A stretch of DNA of 64,000 nt from the human T2T-CHM13v2.0 reference genome, Homo sapiens: the NCBI RefSeq assembly GCF_009914755.1, contig NC_060925.1; one strand, 5' to 3'. This document shows, piece by piece, positions 15,476-28,889 of this stretch. Each line of letters opens with the position of its first letter. Position 1 is the first letter of the stretch. The position numbers and the translations under genes were made by a program. Under the pieces are notes generated by a model. That model had not been told where the DNA came from. It searched no databases and was given only the letters and a program-made list of their open reading frames with translations.

Positions 15476-15839
15476 TGATATGGTTTGGCTATGTCCCCAC
15501 TCAACTCTCATCTTGCATTGTAGCTCCCATAATCCCCATGCATCCTGAGAGGGGCCTGGTGGGAGGTAATTGAATCATGGGGGCAGATTTTTCCCATGCT
15601 CTTCTCTTGATAGTGAATAAGTCTTAAGAGATCTGATGGTTTTGTAAAGGGCAGTTCCCCTGCACTTGCTCTCTTGCCTGCCACCATGTAAGATGTGCCT
15701 TTGCTTCTCCTTTGCTTTCTGCCATGATTGTGAGGCTTCCCCAGCCATGTGGAACTGTGAGTCCATTAAGCCTCTTTTTCTTTATAAATTACCCAGTCTT
15801 GAGTATTTCTTCATAGCAGTATGAAAATGGACTAATATA
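15476..15839 (+). mobile_element. THE1 solo LTR (THE1C/D-like)
   Basis: tgatatggtttggct...ccagccatgtggaactgtgagtccattaa...ggactaatata. 5-bp TSD cctgg at 15471-15475 and 15840-15844. Confidence 0.92.
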
Positions 15840-16669
15840 CCTGGGGTCTCTAGGATTTGGCTCTCCCCTATGTGGGATATTTTACTGCCAACCTAATCCA
15901 GGTAGGAGCATCTCCTTCTCCCTGCTAGTCACCTCTTTGCTAGGCTTGGAGAGAGACTAAGAAAAAGAGAAAGAGAAAGAAATGGGGGAGGGAAAAGGGG
16001 AAAAGAGATAAAGAAATTGGTTTGTAAATGGAATCATTTTTACTCCACCTTCTCAGGTGGCTAACAGGAAATAAGCAGAGGAAAGACAAGTATAAAAACA
16101 GATGTGGTATCATCATGAACTCTCAAACACTGGCCCTTTTCTTGCAGGAGGTCATCTGGGTCCCTACTCCAGGATAAGATCTATTTCCTGAGATTTGCTG
16201 TTCTAGGACGTCTCATCATCTTCTATCCAAGCAAAAGAGCTACATAGCTCAACCCTCAGGCTACTAAAGAAACTTGCGTTTAACATTATCTGAAGGTTGA
16301 AACTGCAACTGTCCTCTTCAGAGATACATGTGTCAATTTCTGCCGTCTGAGTCTTATCTTCCAGGCCACCCTTTCATATGAAAGCAAGTTTGTATTTCAG
16401 TTGCTGTTTTCTTTTAAAAGGTCTGTGCTGACCAAACTGCTCACTATCTTTCAATCTTTGTGATCACTGGAAACATTAGTGAAGTTACCATTCTGCAACC
16501 CCAGCCACCCAGTCAGAGAAAGCTGATTGAATTCACTTACAGGTATTTCTTTCTCCATATTCAGCTTCAAATGGACTAGCTCAGAACTTTGGGTGTTTTA
16601 GAAATACAATGGACTGTCATCAACTATAACATAAGTTGCTACTATTGAGCACTTACTGTGAGATAGGCA

Positions 16670-16872
16670 CAGTGGTGTGCTAATAAACTGCTTCAGTGAA
16701 ACTAAAAACAAAGTCCTGATTTGTATTGTTGCCCAATTTCCATGATGTAAATACTCCCACTGTGGCCAATTTCAAGCTACCAAAGTTGGGAAGAGTTGAG
16801 AATTAGAATCTGAAAGAGGCATTCTGAAGAGATATGCTCTCTCAAGCCAGTAACAGCTGTTTGAGCACATTG
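16670..16872. mobile_element. MER63-like hAT DNA transposon
   Basis: cagtggtgtgct start; gtaaatactcccactgtggccaatttcaagctacca; flanked by duplicated taggca. Confidence 0.7.
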
Positions 16873-16934
16873 TAGGCATTTTACAAGTGCCATCTTTTTC
16901 AGTTCCCATTACGTTCTCATGAAGTGGCTACTAT

Positions 16935-17385
16935 TGTAGCAGGACAAGCTGCAGACAGAACCACTTAGACACCGAGTTAAAGAAGGAAGGGCTGTATTCG
17001 GCCGGGAGCTTCGGCAAGACTCACGTCTCCAACAACCGAGCTCCCTGGGTGAGAAATTCCTGTCCCTTTTAAGGGCTCACAACTCTAAGGCGCTCCAGGT
17101 GAGAGGGTCGTGATCGATTGAGCAAGCAGGGGGTACATGACTGGGGGCTGCATACACCGTAATTAAAACAGAACAGAACAGAACAGAACAGGACAGGGAT
17201 CTTCACAGTGCTTTTTTATGCAAATAACCGATTAGATCAGGGGTTGATCTTTAACTACCAGGCCCAGGGTGTGGCGCCAGGCTGTCTGCTTGTGAATTTC
17301 ATTTCTGCCTTTTAGTTTTTACTTCTTCTTTCTTTGGAGGCAGAAATTGGGCATAAGACAATATGAGGGGTGGTCTCCTCCCTTA
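16935..17385 (-). mobile_element. LTR2-family solo LTR (HERV-E/Harlequin group)
   Basis: Minus strand starts taagggaggagaccacccctcatattgtcttatgcccaatttctgcctcc and ends gtcctgctaca. 4-bp TSD ctat at 16931-16934 and 17386-17389. Confidence 0.93.
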
Positions 17386-18071
17386 CTATTATTATCTCCA
17401 TTTCACAGATTAGGAAACTGGGATTCAGAGAGATTAAGCAACTTTTTTCCTAAAGCACACACTGAGAAAGGGGAATAGCAGATATTTGTATCTAAATCTG
17501 TGTACCCCAAATCTGTGTCCATCAATGGATGTAAAATATCCAAGAATCTATTCACGTCATTCCTTTATTTGCATGGAGCAAAGGAGAATCCTGAATCTAC
17601 AACATCTATTTTCCTTAACTTTAAACCATTCACAAAAAGATATTCTACCTTCTTACAGCCAGAGGAAAGCGAAGAGTACTTTCCTTTGTTATGCTTCTCC
17701 ATGTCTCAGAGAAATGCACTTTATAGACCTTTTCCTATGGAAGGACACAGAGATGATGGAAGGGGTTGAGTGAACACCTCTGTTTGGCTTAGCTGATATT
17801 TTGTGATCCAGTCCCTTCCTGAGCTTAAAAAGTATTGTCGAGTTCATTGTATGGCCTACCAATTCAAAGTTAAATTTTCTGGTACCATAAATCCAATGTC
17901 TCCATTTACTGTAGAGAGGCTTCTTCTCTCTGGATGAAATGTGTGTTTCATCTTGCACAGAAATACTTATTTGCAGGGGGTGGGGACAGACTTTTACTCA
18001 CCAATCAGGTATGTTTGTATTGTTTGTTACATACAGAAGAAAGGGCTTATGAGTCTCATTTAGAGACATAC

Positions 18072-18114
18072 AAACACACACACATACACACACACATATA
18101 TACACACACACACA
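18072..18114. repeat. Imperfect (CA)n/(TA)n microsatellite
   Basis: Read directly from the sequence. Confidence 0.8.
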
Positions 18115-18672
18115 TTTATCCACTAATTAGAGCTTTGTAAAGAGTGAGTATGTTAAAATAAGCTAAACCATTTTCTTGACCATTATAGTGATCAAACCAA
18201 TCATGTGTGCAGAGAATGTTTCTGTCATTAGATCAAAGTTTAATGTTTTTTCTTTGGGGTAAGTGTGGAGAGGGACCAAAATTTGACTTTTATAAAAATC
18301 TGATGGCCTTAGATTTTGTAAAAGTCAAATTTGTTGTGCATGAACAGCCCGGAACAGGATACATAAGTATGGAAAATAAATTCACAAAAGGACAAAAAAG
18401 ACAAGTGGATTCACTCCTGCTAATGCCTCCAGATGGTGCTGAGCACAGAGCACAGCCCTGTCCTTGACATATCTTGCATATGTATGTCTCATGTTTCAGA
18501 GCGCTTATGAATAGCCCTCCGGTGTTCTTGAAAACTTCTGTGTAGTAAAGTAATTCCTAAGACCTTTACATCAAAAAGGGAGTTGGAGCCATTTCCTCTA
18601 AGCTGGGCCTCTCTTCGCTATTTGCAGTTACTTTTACTTGTTCTCTTCACCAATGCCAAAGAGAACACTTAC

Positions 18673-18897
18673 GTGCTGAAGATCAGTGACAGGTTGAGAG
18701 AGTATCTCTACAATCCCTGGGGATATGTTGTACCTCAAACAGACTCCTTTTCCAGCTGCTCTTCCAAATTGGTAACCAGATCTGAGCACCACCACTGCTC
18801 ATCCATTTCCACCCTGTTGCCCGGGTCTTCAACACTAGCTTCTGATGAACAGTTTCCACAGCAACTCGAGTAACACCTCCAGTCTGCCACCTCCTAA
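18673..18897 (-). other. Candidate non-coding exon, 225 nt
   Basis: Minus-strand acceptor cttttgtttcctttacccttttcatttctgcag and donor cac|gtaagt. Stops in all three frames; lies in unique sequence. Confidence 0.35.
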
Positions 18898-20246
18898 CTG
18901 CAGAAATGAAAAGGGTAAAGGAAACAAAAGATAAGCGAAATCAGTCTTCAACACAAGAGTTTAAAAGGAATGGCAGCTTAATCATCAATAATTATTTAAT
19001 ACCAACATCCAAACTGAATGGTCAAATTTTACTTCAGCTTTGATGGTTAGAATTATTTTATCTTTTGGCATCTATGGCAGATGATCTATCTTCTTTCCTT
19101 TGTTAATTGATTCCAATTTCTAGATAATAATAGCCTAAAATAGTGTTTTTCAAGTGGTCATAAGTCCTTCTGATACAGAGAAAGAACAGAGAATAGAAAA
19201 CTGCAAATTCTCAAACAGAAACAACTAGCAGTCACCAGAATTTCCTTACTCCACTTTCTTCAGCTTTGCTTTTTTCTTTCTTGACTTCTTCACAAGTCAA
19301 AATAACATTGAATGGTGGTTGACAGGAGAAAGATGAGCAAGGTAAAAGCTACTGTATAAGAAAGGATCATGGGGAAAAAGGTAGTTTTACACTACCATTT
19401 ACTACTGCCTTTCAAACTTTACCTAATCACTGAAAGCTTGTCACTTATCTCTTTGAGAAATCCTGAGCTGTAGACCACATGACCTCTTTAGTGTGTGAGT
19501 TTTATTCATTCATTTAGCCAATATTTATTCTAACTTTGTATGCCAGATATACAGAGAGGAATATGACAGACAAGTTCTCCTAGAGATTGTAAAGATATCT
19601 TAGCTTTTTCTTCTCCAGCCATTTGCTTACTTAGGGAGTTAAAATAATCTTGGTCAAACCAAGATAAGGGCGATAGCAAAGTGAACAACTTTGCTAAAAG
19701 TAACTAAGATTAGGAGTCTAGCTGTTAAGTAGGGTCTCACAGGATAAATTCAGAAGAGTATATTGTCCAGACTAGAGAAGTCTGCTGGGAAAAGTAAAGC
19801 AGGTATTCAGTAGAGTTAGAGAGAACATCATGGGTAGACAACAAAGTATGTAAGCTCTGATCCTGGAGAAGAGGTTCTCTGCTTCTTATTGTTTTTACTG
19901 TTTGCTACCTCTTGGTCTCACAGGCCATGACTTTGGCAAAAAGGATATCCTAGATCTGCACTGGAACCATGATCCTCCTTGGGGATGGGAATGAGAGGCA
20001 TTGGGATCATCTTCTTCAGTGTTATAGTTATTATTTTATGCAGACAGTTCTCTTAAAATAAAGAGTAAAAATTTATTTATACTGTGTTTCATATTTTCCT
20101 ACATAATTACTCCTACTGGTACTCTTAATTTTTTTCATGTGGATTTGAGTTACCATCTTGTGCCATTTCTATTCAGCCTTTACCATTTCTTGTAAGGCAG
20201 GTCTGCTGTCCATTAATTCTCTCAATTTTTACTTACCTGGGGAACA

Positions 20247-20538
20247 TTTTTGTTTTTTTGAAATAGGGTCTCATGCTGTCATCTGGGCTGGAGTGCAGTG
20301 ATGTGATCTTGGCTCACAGCAATTGCTGCCTCCTGGGCTCAAGCAATCTTCCCCCTTTAGTTCTAAGCAGCTGGGACTACAAGTGCACACCACCAAATCC
20401 GGCTAATTTTTGTATTTTTTGTAGAGACCAGGTTTTGCCATGTTGCCCAGGCTGGTTGCAAACTCCTAAGCTCAAACAATCCATCGACCTTGACCTCCCA
20501 AAGTACTGGGATTACAGATGTGAATCACCATGCCTGGC
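20247..20538 (-). mobile_element. AluJ
   Basis: Diverged antisense dimer (gggctcaagcaatc, ctcctaagctcaaacaatcc). Confidence 0.92.
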
Positions 20539-21470
20539 AGGAAATGTGTTTATCTTGCCTTCATTTTGGAAGTATAGCTCTGCTGGATATAGAATATTTG
20601 CTTGACAGTTTTTTGTTCTTTTAGCCCTTTGAATATGTTATCCCACTGCCTTCTGGCCTCCATTGTTTTTGATAAGAAGTCAGTTATTAATCTTATTGAG
20701 GATTCCTTGTATGTGATGAGTTATTTTTCTCTCTCTATTTTCAACATTTTCTCTTTGTCTTTTCACAATTTAACCATGATGTTTCTAGGTGTGGATCTCT
20801 TTGGTTTTATCCTACTTGGGATTTGTTGAGATTTTTGAATTTGTAGATTAATGTTTTGTTAATCAAATTTGGGACACTTTCAACCATTATTTCCTTGAAT
20901 ATTTTTCTTCTCTCTCTCTCTCCCTCTCTCTGTTCCTCCCTGTATTCCCACCATGTGGATATTGGTTTGATTAATGCTATCTCACAGGTCTCTGAGATTC
21001 TGTTCATTTTTCTTCACTTTTTTTTCTGTTCTTCAGGTTGGACAAACTCTATCTCCAGGCTTGTTAATTTTTTTTTTCTTGCCAGTTTAAACCTGCTTTT
21101 GAACACCTCTAATGAAATTTTCATTTTAGTTATTTTACTTTGCAACTCCAGAATTTTCATTTGGCTCTTTTTATAATTTCTATTTTCCTATTTATATTCT
21201 CCAATTGGTGAGGCATTGTTGTTATACTTTTATGTAACTATTCAAACATGGAGTCTTTTAGTTCTTTGAACATATTTATAATAGTGATTTGAAGTCTTTG
21301 TCTACTAAGTCCTACATCTAGGCTGTCTTGTGGATGGTTTCTGTTGACTGCTTATTTTCCTGTATATGGGCTACATTTTCCTGCTCTTTTATATTTCTGG
21401 TAATTAAAAAAACTAGACATTTTAGATCATATTGTGGCCCCTCTGGAATTTGATCTTCCCAAGAAATTTA

Positions 21471-21780
<310 letters not shown>

Positions 21781-24469
21781 AGAATCTTTATTTTTGGTCT
21801 TTTCTTTGTTTACCTGTTTAGTGACTTGCCTGAACTGGTAGAAACTCTTCAATGTGTGGCCACTGAAGTCTCTGATTAGGTTTTTAGATTTTTTAAATTA
21901 TTGTTTTTATTTTTGAGTAGGCTTCCTAATAGTCACACCTGAGTCAGCATAGTTGAACAGTCATCCAATGATTGCTCAGAAGTTTACCTAAAACACCCTG
22001 AGTTAACAAGGTTTCCACTCTATGCCATGGGATCTATGTTTGGGATGGTGCATACATTCAAAGTTTAGACAGTTCACAATTCTACTTTGACTTTCACTTT
22101 CTGCTTGCACAGAGTCTCATGGTCAGCCAAAGGCCCTGGGGCCCTCTTTAGTCTTTCCTGAGTGTAAATGCAATCCTGTGCATGTGTACAATCTTCCAGA
22201 TCCCCAGGAATATATCAGAGCTTTTCAAAATCCTCATGGCTGTCTCATTTTCCCCCTTATGCCTCTTAAATTCTGATCGGTCTTTCACTTATCCCTACCA
22301 GCACTGCAGGCTTAGGCAGTTGGCTTTCCCAATGTTGGGTTTCCCAATTGTTTGTCACTACTTGCTATCAGATTTGACCATGTCCCAGGCATGGGGCTTT
22401 TCTGGGGAGTTTCAAATCAGTTCAACCCCCTCCACGACAGTGAGGCTGCTAGCCTTCATTGACTACTGTATCATTGACCAAGGGGGAAGGATGAGAACAG
22501 CTCCAAACTGAAATGTCACAGATCCCATTGTTCCTACCAAGATTCAGTAGTTTTTCTTAAATAAATGTATTTCAATTTATCTATGTGTTTGGTTATTTTC
22601 AGAGTTCTGAAATGACTGCTTTTGATAATTTTGCTAGTTTTATCAGTGCTTTCTAAGGTAGGATTTGCCAATGTCCTCACTCCACCATTCAGAAAGTGAC
22701 TAGCCCTCTTACCACCTTTGTTTGGCACTTGGTGCTATAATTAATTATAAGAAAACTCCAGCCACAAAAACCAGGTGAATGACTGCTTGGTATGGCAGCA
22801 AAATAATTGCAATTAAAAGTCTATTTGCATGACCTAAAAACTAATTAATTCAGTGTGAAACATATGTAAGCAAGAAGTTTTCCAGATTTTTCACCAAAAA
22901 GTGTTCAATAACTACCCTCCTTTTGGAATTCCTATGCTATTCTTTGCATATCTCAGTCAGTGCAGTCACTAAATTATTTTCTAATAATCTATTTAGGGGT
23001 CTGTATTCTCCACTAAGCTATGCACTCCTTGAAATATGAATTGTATTTTAATTATCTAAAGGGTCTTGCAATGTGTGGCCAGTGATTCTAGTAGGTAATC
23101 AATACATTTTTGCTCAGTATTGTTCCACATTGTAGATAGAAGTGACCCAAGGCTGAGGACAATGCTAATAGTGTCTAAACTGCAGAACAATCTGGACTTT
23201 ATTTTCAAAAAGTCAACCTTTGGCATATCAATTTTAGCAATTAATTAGAGTTGTTCTTTTATACACATTCTGCTAGTAATTATCTTTAACCTAATTTAAT
23301 ATCGACTTTTGAGACATCTTCCTTTCAAGTAGCATATTCCCTAAAGAAAAGTGCTAAAAACATTTTGGGCATTCTGTTATGTTTAATGGCACCTCTGTGA
23401 GTTGTGTTAACTTCTGATGTATGTTTGTAATCGCTTGAATAAATTACAGTTATCAAACATGTCAAGAATACCTGACATATAAAGTGCCGCACACTTGTTA
23501 ATTAGAAAGTAATTAATTACAAAGGATTTAATATCACATTCTTTTTAGTACCAAATGGCCAATGTGTATTCTGGCTGACTCCTTCAGCTCCCCAAATCCC
23601 CCATGAGATCACCTCTATGCTGAGTTACCATCATTGTGATAATCCTTCTGAATATAGCGACAAGGGTATTGGTCTCCCTCTCTTCTCTTCATCTGAAGTA
23701 TAAGATTGACTTTCCACCTAATTTTATATGATACAGCAGGCTGCTACAAATAATGAGAGTTTATTAAAATTTGGGTATAATAAAAAGGAAATAACTACAT
23801 TGCACAAGGCCAGAGTGTGTGGGGTTCCCACCTCACACCTGCTCTCTGTCTCACATGCAACTAGCATTCATGTGTCCAGGGGAGCTCTCCTTCCACCTCT
23901 GGAATTGCTATAGGCATCTCCATGTCTCCAAGCCTGAGTCCCACTCATTCCTGGCTCTAAAACACAAAAGGATTTTTCCCTTCATGCCAAACTAAGACCT
24001 TCCTTCTGAGTCTTCATTCCCTGACCCTGGATTGTTCTCTTTTCCCACCATTAAGCAACCTGGATATTTATCTCTTTCGAAGGATCGTTCATCTCCACCC
24101 ACCAGAGTGTGGTCTAATCCTGTGATCTGTAACAGGACCATCCCATAAATATGTAGCATCGTACTATTTTTTCAAAGCCAGGTTCAGTTCTTAAACAAAA
24201 GCAGTTATTTTATACAATTGTTTTAGTTCCTTCTCATTAAATATTCATAAAACCTGGAGATCCAGTCCTACATACTATCAGTTTATCACATGCTAAGTGA
24301 TCCAGGCAAGATGATTTTCTAGGTACCATGATAGTCACAAAGATGGTCTAGTTAAAATCCTTCAAAATATATGATTGCATGTGAAAAATATTTGTTGATA
24401 GCTAACAGTTGATAATTGTTAGGCCAAATTTGATGATCACATACATACACAGATATGGCCATAGAGGAA

Positions 24470-24800
24470 AGAGAGGTCCATTACAATAGAGGATAGAGGT
24501 GGAGGATGTAGATCAGGGAAGACTTCATGGATAAGCTGGTATGTGAATTAAATTTTGAGGTATAGGTAGAATTTCAACAGATGGAATTTGAGAGGAAGCA
24601 CTTCTGATGGAGGGAGGAAGTTGCAAACACAAAGACTTTGGAGTGAGAAAGAAGTGAGCATGCTTGGGGAGAGCTGAGCTACCCTTGTCATAGCTACAGC
24701 CCTTGTCATTAGGCAGAGTGGCTGGAAGTGTAAGGAGGCTGGAATGACCATCACAGAGGGCCTTGAATGTCTGCTAAAGGATATGGATAACTTTTCCACA
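24470..24800 (-). mobile_element. L2 fragment
   Basis: atcagggaagacttcatgga...atcacagagggccttgaatgtctgctaagg. Confidence 0.6.
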
Positions 24801-25439
24801 AAGAGGAGAGAGAAGAAAATGATGAGCAAATCTCTTAGATTACCAAAAGAGGATTGTGTGACCCTGTGGCGTTTTCATTTGTTTCATCTGTTAGATTCAT
24901 GTTCTCCACATCAATGACAAGTTCAATAGTAAAATGTTGTGTTGGTTAAGGTTACAGCACCTGGCAAATGGATTTCCTGGGGTGAGTGAGCAGAAACATC
25001 TGCCAAGCTCCTAGAAAGTGTCATTTAATGAAGTGGATGGTGCCAAGTATTGCATTTAAGGGAAGGGGATGGGAGGAGTGAGTTTAAGTAAGAATTTTCT
25101 CTGGGAGTTTTCGCAAGAGTCCCGTTCAAGTACTTTGGAGCGTAGGGAGTCGTGAAAAGGTCATTCCAGATTACTCACGTAAGTTATATTTTTTATTGAA
25201 TGTGCCAATATAGGCAATGCTGAAACTCTGAAGATGTTATTCTTGTTTTAACATTTGCTTTTCTTTATCCCACCCTACCACTCCCATCAATGACCCAACA
25301 TAGTGCATATTACAATGGTCTCTGCCCAGCAAGCTGATAGCTTCCTATGAGCAAAGGGAAAGGGGAGAGTTTCCAGGAGAGGAAATTCACTCTTCCCTTC
25401 TCTCTGTCCATAGCCTGGCCTCCAAGTAGAGGTATGTGG

Positions 25440-25792
25440 TGTCTTAGTCAGGTTGTGCTGCTGTCAGAAAATATCACACAATAGAAATTTATTTTTACAA
25501 TTCTGGAGGTCAGAAAATCCAAGATCAAGGTACTGGCATTTGGTGTCTGGTGAGCGCCTTCTTGCTGCATTCTTACGTGGCAGAAAGGGCAAATATTGTG
25601 TCCTCACACAGCCGAAGAGGAGAAGAAAATAAGCCCATTCCCTCAAGCCCTGTAGTAAGAACCCAAATCCCATTCATGAGGGTTCCACCGTCATGATTTA
25701 ATCACCCCCTAAATGCCCCACCTCTTAATAATATCACATTGATCATTAAGTTTCAACATATGAATTTTGGATGACAAATTCAGACCATAGCA
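25440..25792 (-). mobile_element. MaLR solo LTR (MLT1A1/MSTD-like)
   Basis: tgtcttagtc...ttctggaggtcagaaaatccaagatcaagg...ttcagaccatagca. Confidence 0.85.
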
Positions 25793-25815
25793 TATACAGT
25801 TGGTGGGTTGTGGTC

Positions 25816-26231
25816 TGCTATGGACTGAATGTTTGTATCCCCTTCCCCCAATTTTATATATTGAAGTGCTAATCCCCATTGTGATGGTCCACTTCTTTGG
25901 AAGTGGGGTCTTTGAAAAGCAATTAGGTTTAGATGAGGCCTGGAAGGTGGACGCTCCGTGATGGGATTAGTGCTCTTATAAAAAGAGGAAAAGACACACA
26001 ATCTCTCTCTCTTTCTCTCTCTCTCTCACTCACTCTCCATATGTACACCAAAAGAAGGCCATGTGAGGATTTAACCAGAAGAAGGCTGTCACCAGTAACT
26101 CAACCATGTGCACCTATGCTGGAACTCTGACCTTGGACTTCCAGCCTCCAGAACTGTGAGAAATAAGTGTTTGTTGTTTAAGCCACCAAGCCTATGGTAA
26201 TTTGTTATCACAGCCCAAATGGAATAAGACA
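25816..26231 (+). mobile_element. MaLR solo LTR (MLT1A/A0-like)
   Basis: tgctatggactgaatgttt...gacttccagcctccagaactgtgagaaataa...taagaca. Near-TSD tggtc/tgatc. Confidence 0.88.
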
Positions 26232-27458
26232 TGATCCATTTCTAGATGCAGGCAATAGTCTCAAAGATGTAGTTTGGTTTATAAAAAGTTAGAATTTCCT
26301 GCAATTTTGGTTGTTTATGGGGCCACAGTAAAGAGTACTGGAAATTAGGACTGACCTAGAAAGTCTGAGTGGTGCCAAGGATGGAGAAGAGTGGACTGGG
26401 CAGACTGGGGAGCAAACTCAGCAACTCAGCAGACACTGGCCGGGAATGCAGACACTAGCTGGCAATACTGGTCCAGAATACTGGCAAAGGCTGGGCCAGA
26501 ATTCTTTATTTTCTAACTCCTCCTCACAACTCTGTCTTCTATACTTCTTCACTGTGTCAAAGACCACAATAGGGAGTCCAGCAGGGAATGGAGCACCAGC
26601 CTCTAACAGCTGCTTGTTTTTTCATGGAATAAAGCTCTCTGTTTGGCCTGGAAGATTTCCTTTTCTTTCTCATGTGTCCTAACATATATCAGTCCCTCAT
26701 ATTGACACTGGACCCAGCTTCTCCTCTCTCCTCCCATTGCAGTGGTGTATGATTTCATTAGAGAGAAAATATTTTCTTTAGCACACCTCTGTCACCCAGC
26801 TGCTAGGCTCAGTCCTTTAAGGTGTTTCCCTTCCCCCACGCAGAAAGCTTTTGTTATTTTTAGGTGAGTCCTACCTTAAAGAAAGAGCAAGATGCCAGGT
26901 TGTGAGAAATGCTGGAGGCAATTCCTTGAGTCCTCTTTGAAAACATGTTTCTGGGAGGGTGCCAACCCCATTTTGCAGGGATGGCAGGGCTGCAGATGGA
27001 ACTTGGAAATAAATGATTGCCCTGGGCCAACTCCACAGACAAATGATGAGCTAATTTCTGCTCAGTAAGAGTGTTCTGTATTTGCTGGTCAGAATCTGCC
27101 AACAAGTTCGAGTTCATATGCTTAGCACTGTATCCCCCCACTTATGTCTCTTTGGCTCCATTGAATGTTTAAATAGCCCATTTCATTGAGCCTTAGGCAG
27201 AACAGTGTGGTGTCATTTATTCATAGCTGAGGTGGTAATCAAGCTAATGAAGGAAGACACAAGAAGGAGATAGAGTCAGCTGAATTTAAGGGTAAAACGT
27301 GGTGTGGTTTGGTGTGTTGTGCATATGTGTGTTCAACTCTCCATTATTCACATATTGCTCTTCCTCTTTGTGGATTACTTGAAACACATTTTATCCCTAG
27401 TTGACTTTCCATTTAGAAAATGTCTTGCCCATCTCTTCTTGTATGTCTTTTATTTTAA

Positions 27459-28097
<639 letters not shown>

Positions 28098-28279
28098 ACT
28101 GTAATGTTTTCTAGAACCAAATATGAATGTTTCTGAATTGTTGCCTAACATTTTGAAATGTTCTGTTTCTGTTCATTTCCACGCCAAAGGTAACCAGGGA
28201 TCTAAAGTACAAATCAGCCTACCATTAGAATAAGAGAGACCAAATTGTATTTCCCAACTTGCATGCTGTTACAATTTCT

Positions 28280-28808
28280 GTTTTAATTTAATTTCTGAGA
28301 TATAATTTACATAACATGCAATTCACCTATTTAAAGTATACAATTTAGTGGTTTTTAGTAAGTTCACAGACATGGGCAACCATCACCATAGTCAATTTTA
28401 GAACATTTTCTTCACCTCAAAAGGAACCTCTGTATCTTGTAACTATCATTCCTCCGAGTTCCCTAATTCCCAGTCACCTAGCTCTAAACAACTACTATGC
28501 TACTCTCTGTCTTTATAGATTTAATGTCCTTGTTCTGGACTTTTCCTATAAATGGAATCATGATATTTGGTCTTTGTGATTAGTTTCTTTCACTTACCAT
28601 GTTTTCAAGGTTTGTCTATGTTGTTATATTATGTACCAGCACTTTATTCCTTTCTGTAGCTGAATAATATTCCATTGAATAGATATAGCACAATTTGTTT
28701 ATGTATTTATCAGTTGATACACATTTGGGTTGTTTCCACCTTTTGGCTATTATGAATAATATTGCTGGGAACATTTGCATATAAGGTTTTGGGTGGACAT
28801 ATGCTTGC
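28280..28808 (-). mobile_element. L1MB-type 3' end
   Basis: gagatataatttacataacatgcaattcacctatttaaagtatacaatttagtggttttta...tgggttgtttccaccttttggctattatgaataat. Confidence 0.85.
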
Positions 28809-28889
28809 TGTTACCATTTCTATTGTCAACTGTAACTATTGTCATTCATCCAACCACTCTTTCATTCATTGTCTGCATCAGAAATAATG

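Larger units (their letters stand above)
16630..17500 (-). mobile_element. MIR split into three pieces by MER63 and LTR2
   Basis: tattgagcacttactgtgagataggca / ttttacaagtgccatc... / attatctccatttcacagattaggaaactgggattcagagagattaagcaactt. Confidence 0.7.
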
